A DNA stretch of 64,000 nt. Source: Actinomycetes bacterium (GTDB lineage Bacteria > Actinomycetota > Actinomycetes > Actinomycetales > Actinomycetaceae). The notes beneath the pieces were generated by a model. The model ran no database searches. It had not been told where the DNA came from and worked only from the letters and a program-made list of their open reading frames with translations. Positions 20,525 to 29,288 of this stretch are shown piece by piece. How positions within the stretch are numbered: the first letter of the stretch is position 1; each line of letters opens with the position of its first letter. The translations under genes and the position numbers were made by a program. Where the stretch lies: contig JAEWEQ010000061.1 in the NCBI GenBank assembly GCA_023389315.1, positions 3,811-67,810 of the forward strand. The letters run 5' to 3'.

Positions 20525-20680
20525 GCTTTGTGCACTCGCTTTGTGCACCGACTTGGCGCGTCAACTTTCCACATCACCTTCGCGCACCACCCTTGCGCAC
20601 CACCTTTGCGCGCCACCTTTTCACACCATTTTTCCAAGCCGCCTGTGTGCACAATCCTTGCGCGTCGCCTTTGGCCTCCC
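20525..20680. repeat. degenerate tandem array, 12 units with exact 13-bp period (consensus cCTTTGCGCACCA), non-coding
   Basis: Units read off at 13-nt steps from 20525: gctttgtgcactc, gctttgtgcaccg, acttggcgcgtca, actttccacatca, ccttcgcgcacca, cccttgcgcacca, cctttgcgcgcca, ccttttcacacca, tttttccaagccg, cctgtgtgcacaa, tccttgcgcgtcg, cctttggcctccc. Most columns are conserved in 8-11 of 12 units. Confidence 0.8.
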
Positions 20681-20697
20681 CTACCCCCCGTGGGTAT

Positions 20698-20730
20698 AAA
20701 CCTTGTACGGTTCCGCACCGTACAAGGTTT
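20698..20730. other. perfect 13-bp-stem hairpin (possible RNA 3' end or protein-binding palindrome)
   Basis: Arms AAACCTTGTACGG (20698-20710) and CCGTACAAGGTTT (20718-20730) with loop TTCCGCA. There is no U-tract on either side. Confidence 0.5.
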
Positions 20731-21033
20731 ACAAGGGCACCTCACTACCTGGAGCTGAACGCGAGCGGAAACGATTCAAGAGGAAGTGACCCAAGAGGAA
20801 GCGACACAGACGGCAGGCCGCGCCCACAGGCACGGCGCCAGGCAGCAAATACGCAGGCCACAGGGAGACGAAAACGCCGGGGCGGCGGGGCCGCAAAGGT
20901 GCGGCGGCCAAAATGCAGAACGTGTGACGCGGGGCCTCGCGCAGGGTATTGAACTGCGCGGGCAGCAGGGCTACCATTTCAAACAACAGAAGTAAGGCAA
21001 ACCTAAGTAGATTGATAGTTTAGAAAGCTCGAC

Positions 21034-22356
21034 ATGGACACCACCCTGCCTCCGGATGCCAATACCGAGATCCCACCGCTTGCCGAGGGTGACAGCCCGC
21101 TGCCGGGAACCGGCCAAGGCAAGAAAAAGGCCGACGCCACCTTGCCCGCGAGCGCCCAAGCCCCCTTGTTGTACACAGTGATGATGCTGGCACTGATGGG
21201 CCAGATGCTGCTCAGCCCCCTCATCGCACCGCTTTCACGCGAAATGGGGCTTCGCGAGTGGCATATCGGGCTGACCATCTCCCTGGCGGCCATCATGTTC
21301 GCGCTCACTTCCGGCCCGTGGGGGCGAGCTTCGCAACGCTTCGGGGTGCGCCCTGTTCTGACCGCTGCGATGGGGATGGGGGCGATCGCCCTCGCCGCAT
21401 TTGCCTTGCTCGCCCACTTCGGTATGAAAGGCGTGTGGGTCGGCACCGGCCTGCTGCTGGGCGTGATACTCACCCGCGGCGTTATCTACGGGGGCGCGAT
21501 CGCGGCCCTGAACCCCACGGTACAAACCCACCTGGTGACCCACACCGTGACGGAGGCCCAGCGCCTGAAAGCAGTGGGCGGCATGGGTGCGGTAACCGGC
21601 CTGTCCTCCGTGGTGGGGGCGATGATCGGTGGCGCCTTGGCAGCCATCGGCGGGCTAATGCTGCCTCTGACCGTCATGCCGGTGCTGATGCTGCTGGCGA
21701 TCGGGATGCTGCTGTGGCGTTTCCAGCACAGCAAACCGCTGGCCGAGATGGAAAAACCCGCGAAACTGTCCTACTTTGACCCGCGCGTATTCCCCTTCCT
21801 AGTGGTCGGCCTGGCCCTGTTTACCGCCTTCGCTGCGCTGGGGACGCTGTTTGGATTCATCGTGCAGGACCGCTTCGGTATGAGCGCGACTGCGGCCGCG
21901 TCGTTCACCGCCCTCTACATGGTGGTGCTGTCAATCTTCCTGATCCTGGCACAAGCGGTGGCAGCGCCGAAACTGGGCTGGTCGTCAGTGGTGCTGATGC
22001 GCCGCGGAGTGCTATTCGCCCTGGCCGGTACGGTGCTGCTGCTGTTCGCCTCTAGCCACTGGACCTTAACGTTGGCGACCATCCTGTTTGGCTTCGGCGC
22101 GGGCCTGATAATGCCCGGATACAACGCGGGACCCACGATCCACATGTCCGCCCGCGAACAAGGCAGCCTGGCGGGCCTAATTCACGCCAATAACGGGATG
22201 GCCTACGCCATCGCACCGGTCACTTTCACCGCCCTCTACGGGTGGGATCCGCGCTACCCGCTAGCGGTGGCGGCGCTGCTCTTGGCGGCGGCAATGCTGT
22301 TTGGCTACCTGCATCCGAAGTTGCGCGAACTGGCGGCGGTGAACCGCGCGAATTAA
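21034..22356 (+). CDS. MFS transporter
   Basis: 440-aa ORF with about 12 hydrophobic helices. A loop motif GPWGRASQRFGVRPVL follows TM2, which is the MFS signature position. Confidence 0.85.
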   Translation: MDTTLPPDANTEIPPLAEGDSPLPGTGQGKKKADATLPASAQAPLLYTVMMLALMGQMLLSPLIAPLSREMGLREWHIGLTISLAAIMFALTSGPWGRASQRFGVRPVLTAAMGMGAIALAAFALLAHFGMKGVWVGTGLLLGVILTRGVIYGGAIAALNPTVQTHLVTHTVTEAQRLKAVGGMGAVTGLSSVVGAMIGGALAAIGGLMLPLTVMPVLMLLAIGMLLWRFQHSKPLAEMEKPAKLSYFDPRVFPFLVVGLALFTAFAALGTLFGFIVQDRFGMSATAAASFTALYMVVLSIFLILAQAVAAPKLGWSSVVLMRRGVLFALAGTVLLLFASSHWTLTLATILFGFGAGLIMPGYNAGPTIHMSAREQGSLAGLIHANNGMAYAIAPVTFTALYGWDPRYPLAVAALLLAAAMLFGYLHPKLRELAAVNRAN

Positions 22357-22393
22357 CCACATCGATTAAAAACGCTCAGCGGGTTTAGCAAGC

Positions 22394-23518
22394 TCACTGC
22401 GTGAGGATTTCCAGATCGAACTCGTTAATGCGCGGCGGCGTCACCGGCCAGTCGCTGCCTTGACGTTCCACATCCGTTTCCGAATGCGCGCCACACGAAT
22501 CCGCCAGGGAAACCACGGAAGCATCGTTAGTGGACCATTCGTTGGTGCACACCCCGAACTTATCCCCCAGCGGACCATCGATCTTCACCAGGAAGCCACA
22601 AGAAGCGCAGGTGGAAGGAACTTTGCGAGCCTGCACGCGGCCCTTCCCGCGTTTGCTCCACCGCGCGAGGGCGTCATTCACGCCCTGGTCAGAAAGCACC
22701 CGCACCCGTGAAAGCGGACCACTATCGCCGTTTTCGCTCACCTCCCGGATCGGCACCAGCCGCTCATCGTTAGCGCGGTACGGGAGTACGTCAGCGGGGT
22801 TAACGTCACTGGGTTCGAGGCGCTCTTCCCACGGCACCCACTCGGGTGCCAACAGCGCGCCCGGGCCGGGCAGCAGGTCGATCTCACACACCGTGGTGTG
22901 CTTTTGGCGCGGTGCGCGCGCCACCGTGATGGCCCAGTGCCACCCCACGTAGCCCGGTTTCAGGCAGGCGAAGAAGTGGGTTAGTAGGCGCTCGCCATCC
23001 ACCCGCGAACCTACCGAGTCCCCCACTTCTTCCAGGGGTACGACTTCGGCGATAATGTCGCGGATCTCGTCCACCGCTGCCAAAAGTACCTTGTCGGCGC
23101 GGGGCTTGGAGTCGCGCGGTTTAGAATCGCGGGGTTTCGAGTCGCGCGTTCTGGCTTCGCGTGCCTCGCAGTCACGGGGTTTCGAGTCGCGCGTTTTGGT
23201 TTTGCGGGACTTGGTATTGCGCGCTTTGGCGCCGCCGTCCTCGCCATCGCGGGTTTCAGCGCCGGCTTTGTCGGCGTCGGTTTCGCCGCTATCGTCGCTC
23301 GACTGGGCGTCAGGGTGTTTGGCGCCGCCGTCCTCGCCGCCGCGGGGCTCCTCCACGCGGGGCTCATCACCACCGTCCTCGCGGGGCTCCTTTTCCGAAG
23401 GCTCACCCTCACGCGATTGTGCGGGTGACACCTCGCCAGCGGCCACCGCGCTGCCAGCGTCAGTTTCTACGTCCTCGCCAATATTCTCGGCCAGGTTTTC
23501 CAGGGAAGTTTCAGGCAT
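22394..23518 (-). CDS. DUF3027 domain-containing protein with acidic/basic repeat N-terminus
   Basis: The C-terminal Cys-rich block CASCGFLVKIDGPLGDKFGVCTNEWSTNDASVVSLADSCGAHSE is typical of DUF3027 proteins, which pair with a csp gene in Actinobacteria. The N-terminus contains SKPRD x3-4 repeats. Confidence 0.7.
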   Translation of the reverse strand: MPETSLENLAENIGEDVETDAGSAVAAGEVSPAQSREGEPSEKEPREDGGDEPRVEEPRGGEDGGAKHPDAQSSDDSGETDADKAGAETRDGEDGGAKARNTKSRKTKTRDSKPRDCEAREARTRDSKPRDSKPRDSKPRADKVLLAAVDEIRDIIAEVVPLEEVGDSVGSRVDGERLLTHFFACLKPGYVGWHWAITVARAPRQKHTTVCEIDLLPGPGALLAPEWVPWEERLEPSDVNPADVLPYRANDERLVPIREVSENGDSGPLSRVRVLSDQGVNDALARWSKRGKGRVQARKVPSTCASCGFLVKIDGPLGDKFGVCTNEWSTNDASVVSLADSCGAHSETDVERQGSDWPVTPPRINEFDLEILTQ

Positions 23519-23523
23519 CTTTC

Positions 23524-23901
23524 TTAAGCATCAAAATCGTCAGCTACCGCCCGCAATAACTGCGCAATCTTCGCGGAATTCTCCGGGTATCGCCCGGCGC
23601 GCAAAGTTGCCGAAGAAGCGTCCAGTAGCTTAATCAAGTCTTCAACCAGCCCCACCATTTCCGGTGCGCGACGCCGGCGCAATTTACGCAAAGACGGGGC
23701 CTCGGGCACCACCGTCACCGTCAGCGCCTGCGGACCCTTGCGGCCGTCCGCCACCGAATACTTCACGCGGGTTCCCGGTCGCGGGTTGGCGGCGTCGGCA
23801 GGTAACGCCGAGGCGTGGAGGAACACTGAGCTCCCGTCATCTCCATCGATGAAGCCGAAACCTTTCTCGGCATCGTAAAACTTCACCTTCCCGGTAGGCA
23901 C
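23524..23901 (-). CDS. cold-shock domain protein with C-terminal extension (CspB-like)
   Basis: ORF 23524..24117 trimmed to the GTG at 23899-23901, 6 nt after AAGGAG. GKVKFYDAEKGFGFIDGDDGSSVFLHASAL contains the RNP1-like KGFGFI motif. Confidence 0.9.
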   Translation of the reverse strand: MPTGKVKFYDAEKGFGFIDGDDGSSVFLHASALPADAANPRPGTRVKYSVADGRKGPQALTVTVVPEAPSLRKLRRRRAPEMVGLVEDLIKLLDASSATLRAGRYPENSAKIAQLLRAVADDFDA

Positions 23902-24062
23902 AGCATTCTCCTTCAACAAATAGTAGGGACGGCCCTGCAGATATGAGCCGTTACGTCTTATGATATGTCCATAACGATAGTTACCGCTACGAGGGAGCAC
24001 TACGCTGCGCGCCCCATACCCGCGGGGCTGCGTGAAAGCGTGCTGGCACCGAGAGCTGGAGG

Positions 24063-25622
24063 ATGCAGTTGGACACCGGTTGGCTAGGAGGCGGCGCCGC
24101 GCTGCTGGTCGCTGCAATAGTGGGCTGGTGGTGGATCGCCCGCAGCCGCAAAGCCGCCGCTGGCCGCGATCCCAATTCGATTGCCGAGGACGGTGCCGAC
24201 GTTACCGCGAACCCGGCAGTTGGCAACCCTGACCCACGCGAAGAAGTACCCGGCCAGTCCGGTAAGTCCCACCAGGTGCGCGGCGTGGGCGAACCCGACC
24301 CGGCAGAGGCAGCGCCCACCGACGCGCCGGCCAACCTGCCCGACACCGCTGCAGCTGCGAAGTCCGGCTCCGCGCACTCGGGTGCGCTGGGCGAATCCGC
24401 AGCCGCTACCCCTCGGTCCCCTAAATCTGACGGCGACGCCAGCGCCGGAAACGACAGCCCTGCGCCCGACGGAACCGAAACGGCCGAATCCGGCGAACCC
24501 GCCCCCAGCGGACCCGGCGAACCCGCCGGACCCGCCGCCGATGACCCCGGACCCGACGCTGACGGACCCGCCGCGGACACCGTCCTCGTGAAAGCCACTC
24601 CCCTAACCAGCGAAGATGTTGCCCGCTCCCTCGCGCAGGCCCGAGCCGACCTGTGGGCTAGCCGATGGCTACTTGGAAACCAAGTCTGCGAAGATATGGA
24701 AACCGCCATCGCTCAGGCGCAGCAGGCTCTGGACAGCGGATATTTGGCGACCGGCCAACCCGCGCGAGCGGCCTTAGGGCTGCGCCCCTACCTGGCGGAA
24801 GTTGAACGCACTGGCGAGGCTCTCAACCCACTGCGGCGCGCCAGTTTCGCCGCTGCCGCGAATGCTGAACTGGGAACCAGTGAGTCCGCCGACGGCCAAG
24901 ATCTAGAAAAAGTCAGCGTCAACCCGGCTGGCGGCTTGGCGCAACTAGCGCAAGAAGTACGTGACGGGCTCCAGCAAGCGCGCCTGGAAGTGGCGCGCCT
25001 AGCACCCACCGCCGGCAGCACGATCTCCACTCAACTGCGCAATTGGCTCTCCCAAGCCAACATCGCTGCCGTCACGGTAAGCCGCGAAATCGCCGCCCCC
25101 GGGCCCGCCCCTTTGAGCGCCCGCCACTTGCAGGAACTAGAAGCCAAACTGCTGGGCGCAATTTGGCGCCGACGCCTGATTGCCCTCGTGGCGCAATACC
25201 GCCGCGCCCACGACTGGGCGCAAACCACCACCGACGCTCGTACCTGGTTTGAGTTGGCACAGTTAGCTACCGAAATCACCGGACTGCAGGCCGACCTGCT
25301 GCTCCGAGAAGCCACCATTAGCGAGGACGATCTGGCCACCTTGGCGCGGGTACGTACCCTCACTGCCACCAGCGAGGGCGCCGAGCAGCTGGCGCACCAA
25401 CGCACCTCTGCCGCGGTGGTGCGCCAGTGTGAGGACTTGTGGCAGCGTTGGCGCGGACAGTTCACCGCCGCCGCCGAGAGCGCAGCACCTCAGGCAGCCA
25501 GTAAGGAAGCAGCGGTGCAGACTGCCGAAGAAACCGAGCCAGTGCAAACCGCCGAAGAAACCGAGCCAGTGCAAACCGCCGACACGGATGCGCCCGAGGA
25601 AGCAGACACCGCCCTACCATAG
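24063..25622 (+). CDS. hypothetical membrane-anchored protein (TM + acidic disordered spacer + helical domain)
   Basis: 519-aa ORF with good GC3 bias and an N-terminal TM helix (LGGGAALLVAAIVGWWWIA). I recognise no family. It competes with minus-strand ORF 23987..24709, which I judge spurious. Confidence 0.5.
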   Translation: MQLDTGWLGGGAALLVAAIVGWWWIARSRKAAAGRDPNSIAEDGADVTANPAVGNPDPREEVPGQSGKSHQVRGVGEPDPAEAAPTDAPANLPDTAAAAKSGSAHSGALGESAAATPRSPKSDGDASAGNDSPAPDGTETAESGEPAPSGPGEPAGPAADDPGPDADGPAADTVLVKATPLTSEDVARSLAQARADLWASRWLLGNQVCEDMETAIAQAQQALDSGYLATGQPARAALGLRPYLAEVERTGEALNPLRRASFAAAANAELGTSESADGQDLEKVSVNPAGGLAQLAQEVRDGLQQARLEVARLAPTAGSTISTQLRNWLSQANIAAVTVSREIAAPGPAPLSARHLQELEAKLLGAIWRRRLIALVAQYRRAHDWAQTTTDARTWFELAQLATEITGLQADLLLREATISEDDLATLARVRTLTATSEGAEQLAHQRTSAAVVRQCEDLWQRWRGQFTAAAESAAPQAASKEAAVQTAEETEPVQTAEETEPVQTADTDAPEEADTALP

Positions 25623-25683
25623 GCAAGCTGTCCGCACAGCCCTTAGAATCTAAACACGAATAGACCCCGGTAGGAGGTTCCCG

Positions 25684-27750
25684 GTGAGCTACTTGCGTCG
25701 ACTACCAAAATCCTCAGCCTTAGCAGCGCTGACTGTCTCGGCGGCCCTGCTGTTGCCATCCGCCCTGGCCCATGCGGCAAACCCGATTACGGTGGAGGAC
25801 CAGCTGGAGGACACCAAACAGATCCTCTCCCCCTCCGACGCTGACCATATCAACGCCGAAATCGACAAGGTACGCGAAAGTGGCGTGAACTTATACGTGG
25901 TGTTGGTTGACAACTTCGATGGGACCAGCAGTGCGGACCAGTGGTGCATAGACACCGGGGAGAAATCGAAACTCGCCTCCAACGCGGTGATCTTCGCTAT
26001 CGCAGGAACTGAACGCAGCTACGCCATTTGCTCTGGCCCGGACTCGGCAGTGCCGCAGGGGACGCTGACCGCGGCGGCCAGTAGTGCTGCCCAGGCGATG
26101 CGCGGGGAGGAAGTTTCCGGACCCGTTTTGACCGACGCGGTCATCCGGCTGCGCGAGCGCCTGACTGACAATGCCGCGCAGGCCCCCGCCCCGGGAAGCA
26201 ATAGTGACAAAACTGGGACCCAAAATCCCAGCAGTAGTGACAACTCCCCTTTGCTGTTGCTCACAGCGTTGCCGATTTTGCTCTTAATGGGCGGCGTTAT
26301 GTTGCTGCTCTACGTGATCGCCAGGGCCCGAAAGTTGCGCTCCAAGCATCCCCAGATGCTTTCCCAAAACGCTCCCGCCCCAAACTTGGAGCAGTTGCGT
26401 TCGCAAGCATCGGTCGCCTTAATGAATACCGAGGACGCAGTGCACGCAGCCGGTGACGATCTGGCCTTCGCGCGCGCCCAGTTCGGGCAAATCGCCACTG
26501 AATCTTTCGCCAAGGCCCACGAAGAAGCCGACCAGTTAGTGCGCCGCGCCTTCGAACTGCAATCGCAGATGGATTCGGCCACCGCGCAGCCGGCGCAGCA
26601 GCAGCAAATGGCGCAGGAAATCTTGCAGCTGTGCGACCAAGCCCAGCAGCTACTGGCCTCCCACTCCGAAGAGTTCACCCGGTTGCGCAACGTGGAAGCC
26701 AACGCTCCGGCCGCCATTAGCGACTTGCGGGAACGAGTGCGGGAGGCGCGGCAAATGATTGAACGCACCCGCTCCGAAATTGAGGGCCTGAAACTGACTT
26801 TCTCGGAAGAGTCTTTGCGTTCCATCCTGGACAATCCGCAGGCTGCCGGCCAGCTGCTGGATGCGGCGGAAAGTAACTTGGATGCGGCACAAACCGCCCT
26901 CGACACTGACCGGGCGGAAGCCACCCACCGCATTGGAATTGCCCAGCGTGCCTTCGGGCAAGCGATGGTGCACATCGAAGAAGTCATGTCCGCCTCCAAC
27001 GACCTGGCGAAATCGGAAGAGCGCCTGGCACAAGCTATCGGGTCGATTTCTTCCGACATCAAGGACGTCGATCGCCTAGCCGGTCGTGACCAGGCGTTCG
27101 GTCCGCTGGTGGAAGACGCGGAAGCGGCCATTAGCTACGCACACCAAGCGCGCCGCGGTCAAAGTGATCCGCTGGAAGCGCTCTCAAAGCTGCGCACCGC
27201 GGAAGACGCCCTCGACAGCGCGTTGGCGCCGCTGCGCGAAGCCAGTGAACGCAAGAACCGGCAGTTAGAGCGCCTGCGCACTGATTTCGAACTCACTGAT
27301 GACGCGCTACGCCGCGCCAAAGCGTACTTGGCGACCCACCGCGGGGTGGCTTCCGAAGCCGCCCGCCAGTTCTTCCGCCGCGCCGAGGAACAACGCCAAG
27401 AAGCCCACGGGATTTACCAAACCGACGCTACCGGCGCCATTGAACTGCTGCGGGTAGCGAAACTCAACGCGGAAAAGGCCATTAGCCTCACCGACGATGA
27501 TTCGCGTCGGGGCCAGCAGGCCTACCAGCAGGCGAACACCGGTGGCATTGACCCGTGGTCGCTGGTGCTGGGCGGGATTTTGCTGGGCGACCGCGGCGGG
27601 CGCTCCCACAGTGACTGGAACTTAGGCGGATTCGGCGGCGGATTCGGCGGCGGTGGTTTCGGTGGCAGCTTCGGTGGAGGTTCAGCAGGGACCTTCGGTG
27701 GCAGCTTCGGTGGGGGCGGCTGGTCCTCCGGCGGCTCGGGTAAATTCTGA
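25684..27750 (+). CDS. TPM domain-containing protein with TM, long coiled coil and Gly-rich tail
   Basis: GTG start after GGTAGGAGG. It has a signal peptide, then a TPM-like module (LSPSDADHINAEIDKVRESGVNLYVVLVDNFDG...AVIFAIAGTERSYAICSG), a TM helix (LLLLTALPILLLMGGVMLLLYVI), a helical region of about 350 aa, and the tail GGFGGGFGGGGFGGSFGGG. Confidence 0.72.
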   Translation: MSYLRRLPKSSALAALTVSAALLLPSALAHAANPITVEDQLEDTKQILSPSDADHINAEIDKVRESGVNLYVVLVDNFDGTSSADQWCIDTGEKSKLASNAVIFAIAGTERSYAICSGPDSAVPQGTLTAAASSAAQAMRGEEVSGPVLTDAVIRLRERLTDNAAQAPAPGSNSDKTGTQNPSSSDNSPLLLLTALPILLLMGGVMLLLYVIARARKLRSKHPQMLSQNAPAPNLEQLRSQASVALMNTEDAVHAAGDDLAFARAQFGQIATESFAKAHEEADQLVRRAFELQSQMDSATAQPAQQQQMAQEILQLCDQAQQLLASHSEEFTRLRNVEANAPAAISDLRERVREARQMIERTRSEIEGLKLTFSEESLRSILDNPQAAGQLLDAAESNLDAAQTALDTDRAEATHRIGIAQRAFGQAMVHIEEVMSASNDLAKSEERLAQAIGSISSDIKDVDRLAGRDQAFGPLVEDAEAAISYAHQARRGQSDPLEALSKLRTAEDALDSALAPLREASERKNRQLERLRTDFELTDDALRRAKAYLATHRGVASEAARQFFRRAEEQRQEAHGIYQTDATGAIELLRVAKLNAEKAISLTDDDSRRGQQAYQQANTGGIDPWSLVLGGILLGDRGGRSHSDWNLGGFGGGFGGGGFGGSFGGGSAGTFGGSFGGGGWSSGGSGKF

Positions 27751-27869
27751 CTTTATTTGTGGCCACAACCACCAAGGCTCGGTAAAATATAAAGGTAGCT
27801 TCGCGAAGACTAAAGGGCGAGGAAATCCCCTCCACTACGGTCTTACGCGCAGGATGAAAGGACATCTCA

Positions 27870-28583
27870 ATGGCAGAGAAGCAAACCATTTTGGGACGCA
27901 TCACCCAACTGGCACGCGCCAACCTCTACGCGCTGATTGAGCGCGCCGAAGATCCCCAGAAGATGCTTGACCAGCTAGTGCGCGACTACACCAACTCCAT
28001 CGCGGAGGCGGAAGAAGCCGTCGCCCAGACCGTTGGTAACTTGCGTCTGGCGGAGAAGGATTACGAGGGCGATGTGGCCGCGGCCAAGGAGTGGGGCGAA
28101 AAAGCCGCTGCCGCTTCGAAGAAGGCTGACGAAGTTCGCGCCGCCGGCAACGAGGATGAAGCCCAGCGTTGGGACAACCTCGCCAAGGTGGCTCTGGGTA
28201 AGCAGATTGAAGCTGAACGCGCCGCTGAAGAAGCCAAGCCGATGCTGGAATCCCAGCGTCAGGTGGTCGACAAGCTCAAGGACGGTCTCAACCAGTCCCG
28301 CGCTAAGCTCGACACCTTGAAGACCAAGCGTGACCAGCTGATTGCTCGCCAGCGCACCGCGGAAGCCCAAACCAAGCTGCAGGACGCGGTCTCTTCCATC
28401 AACGTGATGGACCCGTCCTCGGAATTGGCTCGCTTCGAAGACAAGGTTCGCCGCCAAGAAGCGATGGCTCAGGGCCGCGCGGAACTGGCCGCAGATTCCT
28501 TCGAGAACCAGTTCGCGGAGTTGGAAACTTCCGGCACCGACAGTGAGATTGAGCTGCGCCTGGCCAAGCTCAAGGAGAAGTAA
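27870..28583 (+). CDS. pspA: PspA/IM30 family protein
   Basis: MAEKQTILGRITQLARANLYALIERAEDPQKMLDQLVRDY is the canonical PspA/IM30 N-terminus. The 237-aa protein is coiled coil throughout. Confidence 0.9.
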   Translation: MAEKQTILGRITQLARANLYALIERAEDPQKMLDQLVRDYTNSIAEAEEAVAQTVGNLRLAEKDYEGDVAAAKEWGEKAAAASKKADEVRAAGNEDEAQRWDNLAKVALGKQIEAERAAEEAKPMLESQRQVVDKLKDGLNQSRAKLDTLKTKRDQLIARQRTAEAQTKLQDAVSSINVMDPSSELARFEDKVRRQEAMAQGRAELAADSFENQFAELETSGTDSEIELRLAKLKEK

Positions 28584-28605
28584 ACCAACCTCCCCAAATT
28601 TTGAA

Positions 28606-28650
28606 CTAGCGGGTGCAGAGCCAAAATGCTCTGCACCCGCTAGGCTGTTT
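28606..28650 (+). terminator. intrinsic terminator after pspA
   Basis: Perfect 16-bp stem: CTAGCGGGTGCAGAGC (28606-28621) and its complement (28628-28643), with loop CAAAAT, followed by GCTGTTTGG. Confidence 0.75.
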
Positions 28651-28653
28651 GGT

Positions 28654-29214
28654 ATGGCACAAATAACTTATTTGGTAATTGATGGTGAAAATATAGACGC
28701 CACTTTAGGCGTGTCTGTACTCGACCATAAACCGCTACCCGAAGAACGCCCCCGCTGGGACCGCGTACTGTCACAAGCTGACGAATTGTGGGACCAAGAA
28801 GCCAAAGGCCTGTTCTTCCTCAACGCTTCCTCCGGACACCTACCCATGGGGTTCGTGCAGGCGCTAGTGGCGATGCACTACTCCCCCATCCCCCTGTCGG
28901 GACCGTCCAGCGTGAAGGTCGTCGATGAAGGCATCGTGCGGATGCTGGAAGCCATCATTGAGCGCGGCGAGGGCGACGTGATCCTCGCCAGCCACGACGG
29001 CGATTTCGTACCCCAGATTGAGCAGTTGCTGCAAAACGGGCACCGCGTCGCCATGATGGTCTTCCCCGAGTTCCTCTCCACTCAGTTCCAAGAACTGGAA
29101 GCCGACGGGTTGGAAGTTATCGACTTAGAGCACGACGTCAACGCCTTCCAAGTTCCGCTGCCGCGTCTGCAAATCATCGAGCTGGACGAGTTCGACCCGG
29201 TTCGCTACCTCTGA
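28654..29214 (+). CDS. NYN (LabA-like/PIN-like) domain protein
   Basis: ORF trimmed to the ATG at 28654. ITYLVIDGENIDATLG resembles the N-terminal acidic strand of NYN domains, and ILASHDGDFVPQIEQL resembles the later DGD motif. Family call is by eye. Confidence 0.55.
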   Translation: MAQITYLVIDGENIDATLGVSVLDHKPLPEERPRWDRVLSQADELWDQEAKGLFFLNASSGHLPMGFVQALVAMHYSPIPLSGPSSVKVVDEGIVRMLEAIIERGEGDVILASHDGDFVPQIEQLLQNGHRVAMMVFPEFLSTQFQELEADGLEVIDLEHDVNAFQVPLPRLQIIELDEFDPVRYL

Positions 29215-29288
29215 CACCCCTGCGATCCCGCCCACGCTTCGCCGCTGCCCGCCACCTGGCCAGGCCGGCGGTTGCGCGTGGGCGGGTT

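Noticed and set aside
20525-20680. Possible CRISPR array
   Set aside because: The units are only 13 bp, directly abutting with no spacers, and degenerate. No cas genes are in the window. This is a tandem repeat, not CRISPR.
20350-20952. Three overlapping ORFs (131, 131 and 184 aa) in the 690-bp intergenic region
   Set aside because: Their open frames are a by-product of the 13-bp periodic, stop-poor repeat array. The translations are repetitive His/Pro/Ala/Arg strings. There are no RBS-plus-start combinations, and the repeat period is not a multiple of 3.
23987-24709. 240-aa minus-strand ORF overlapping the start of the 519-aa orphan
   Set aside because: The translation is Ser/Ala/Pro/Gly-rich and mirrors the low-complexity spacer of the plus-strand gene. 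It would also run into the csp promoter region. The plus-strand frame is longer and has a TM helix and a helical domain. The choice is still not proven.
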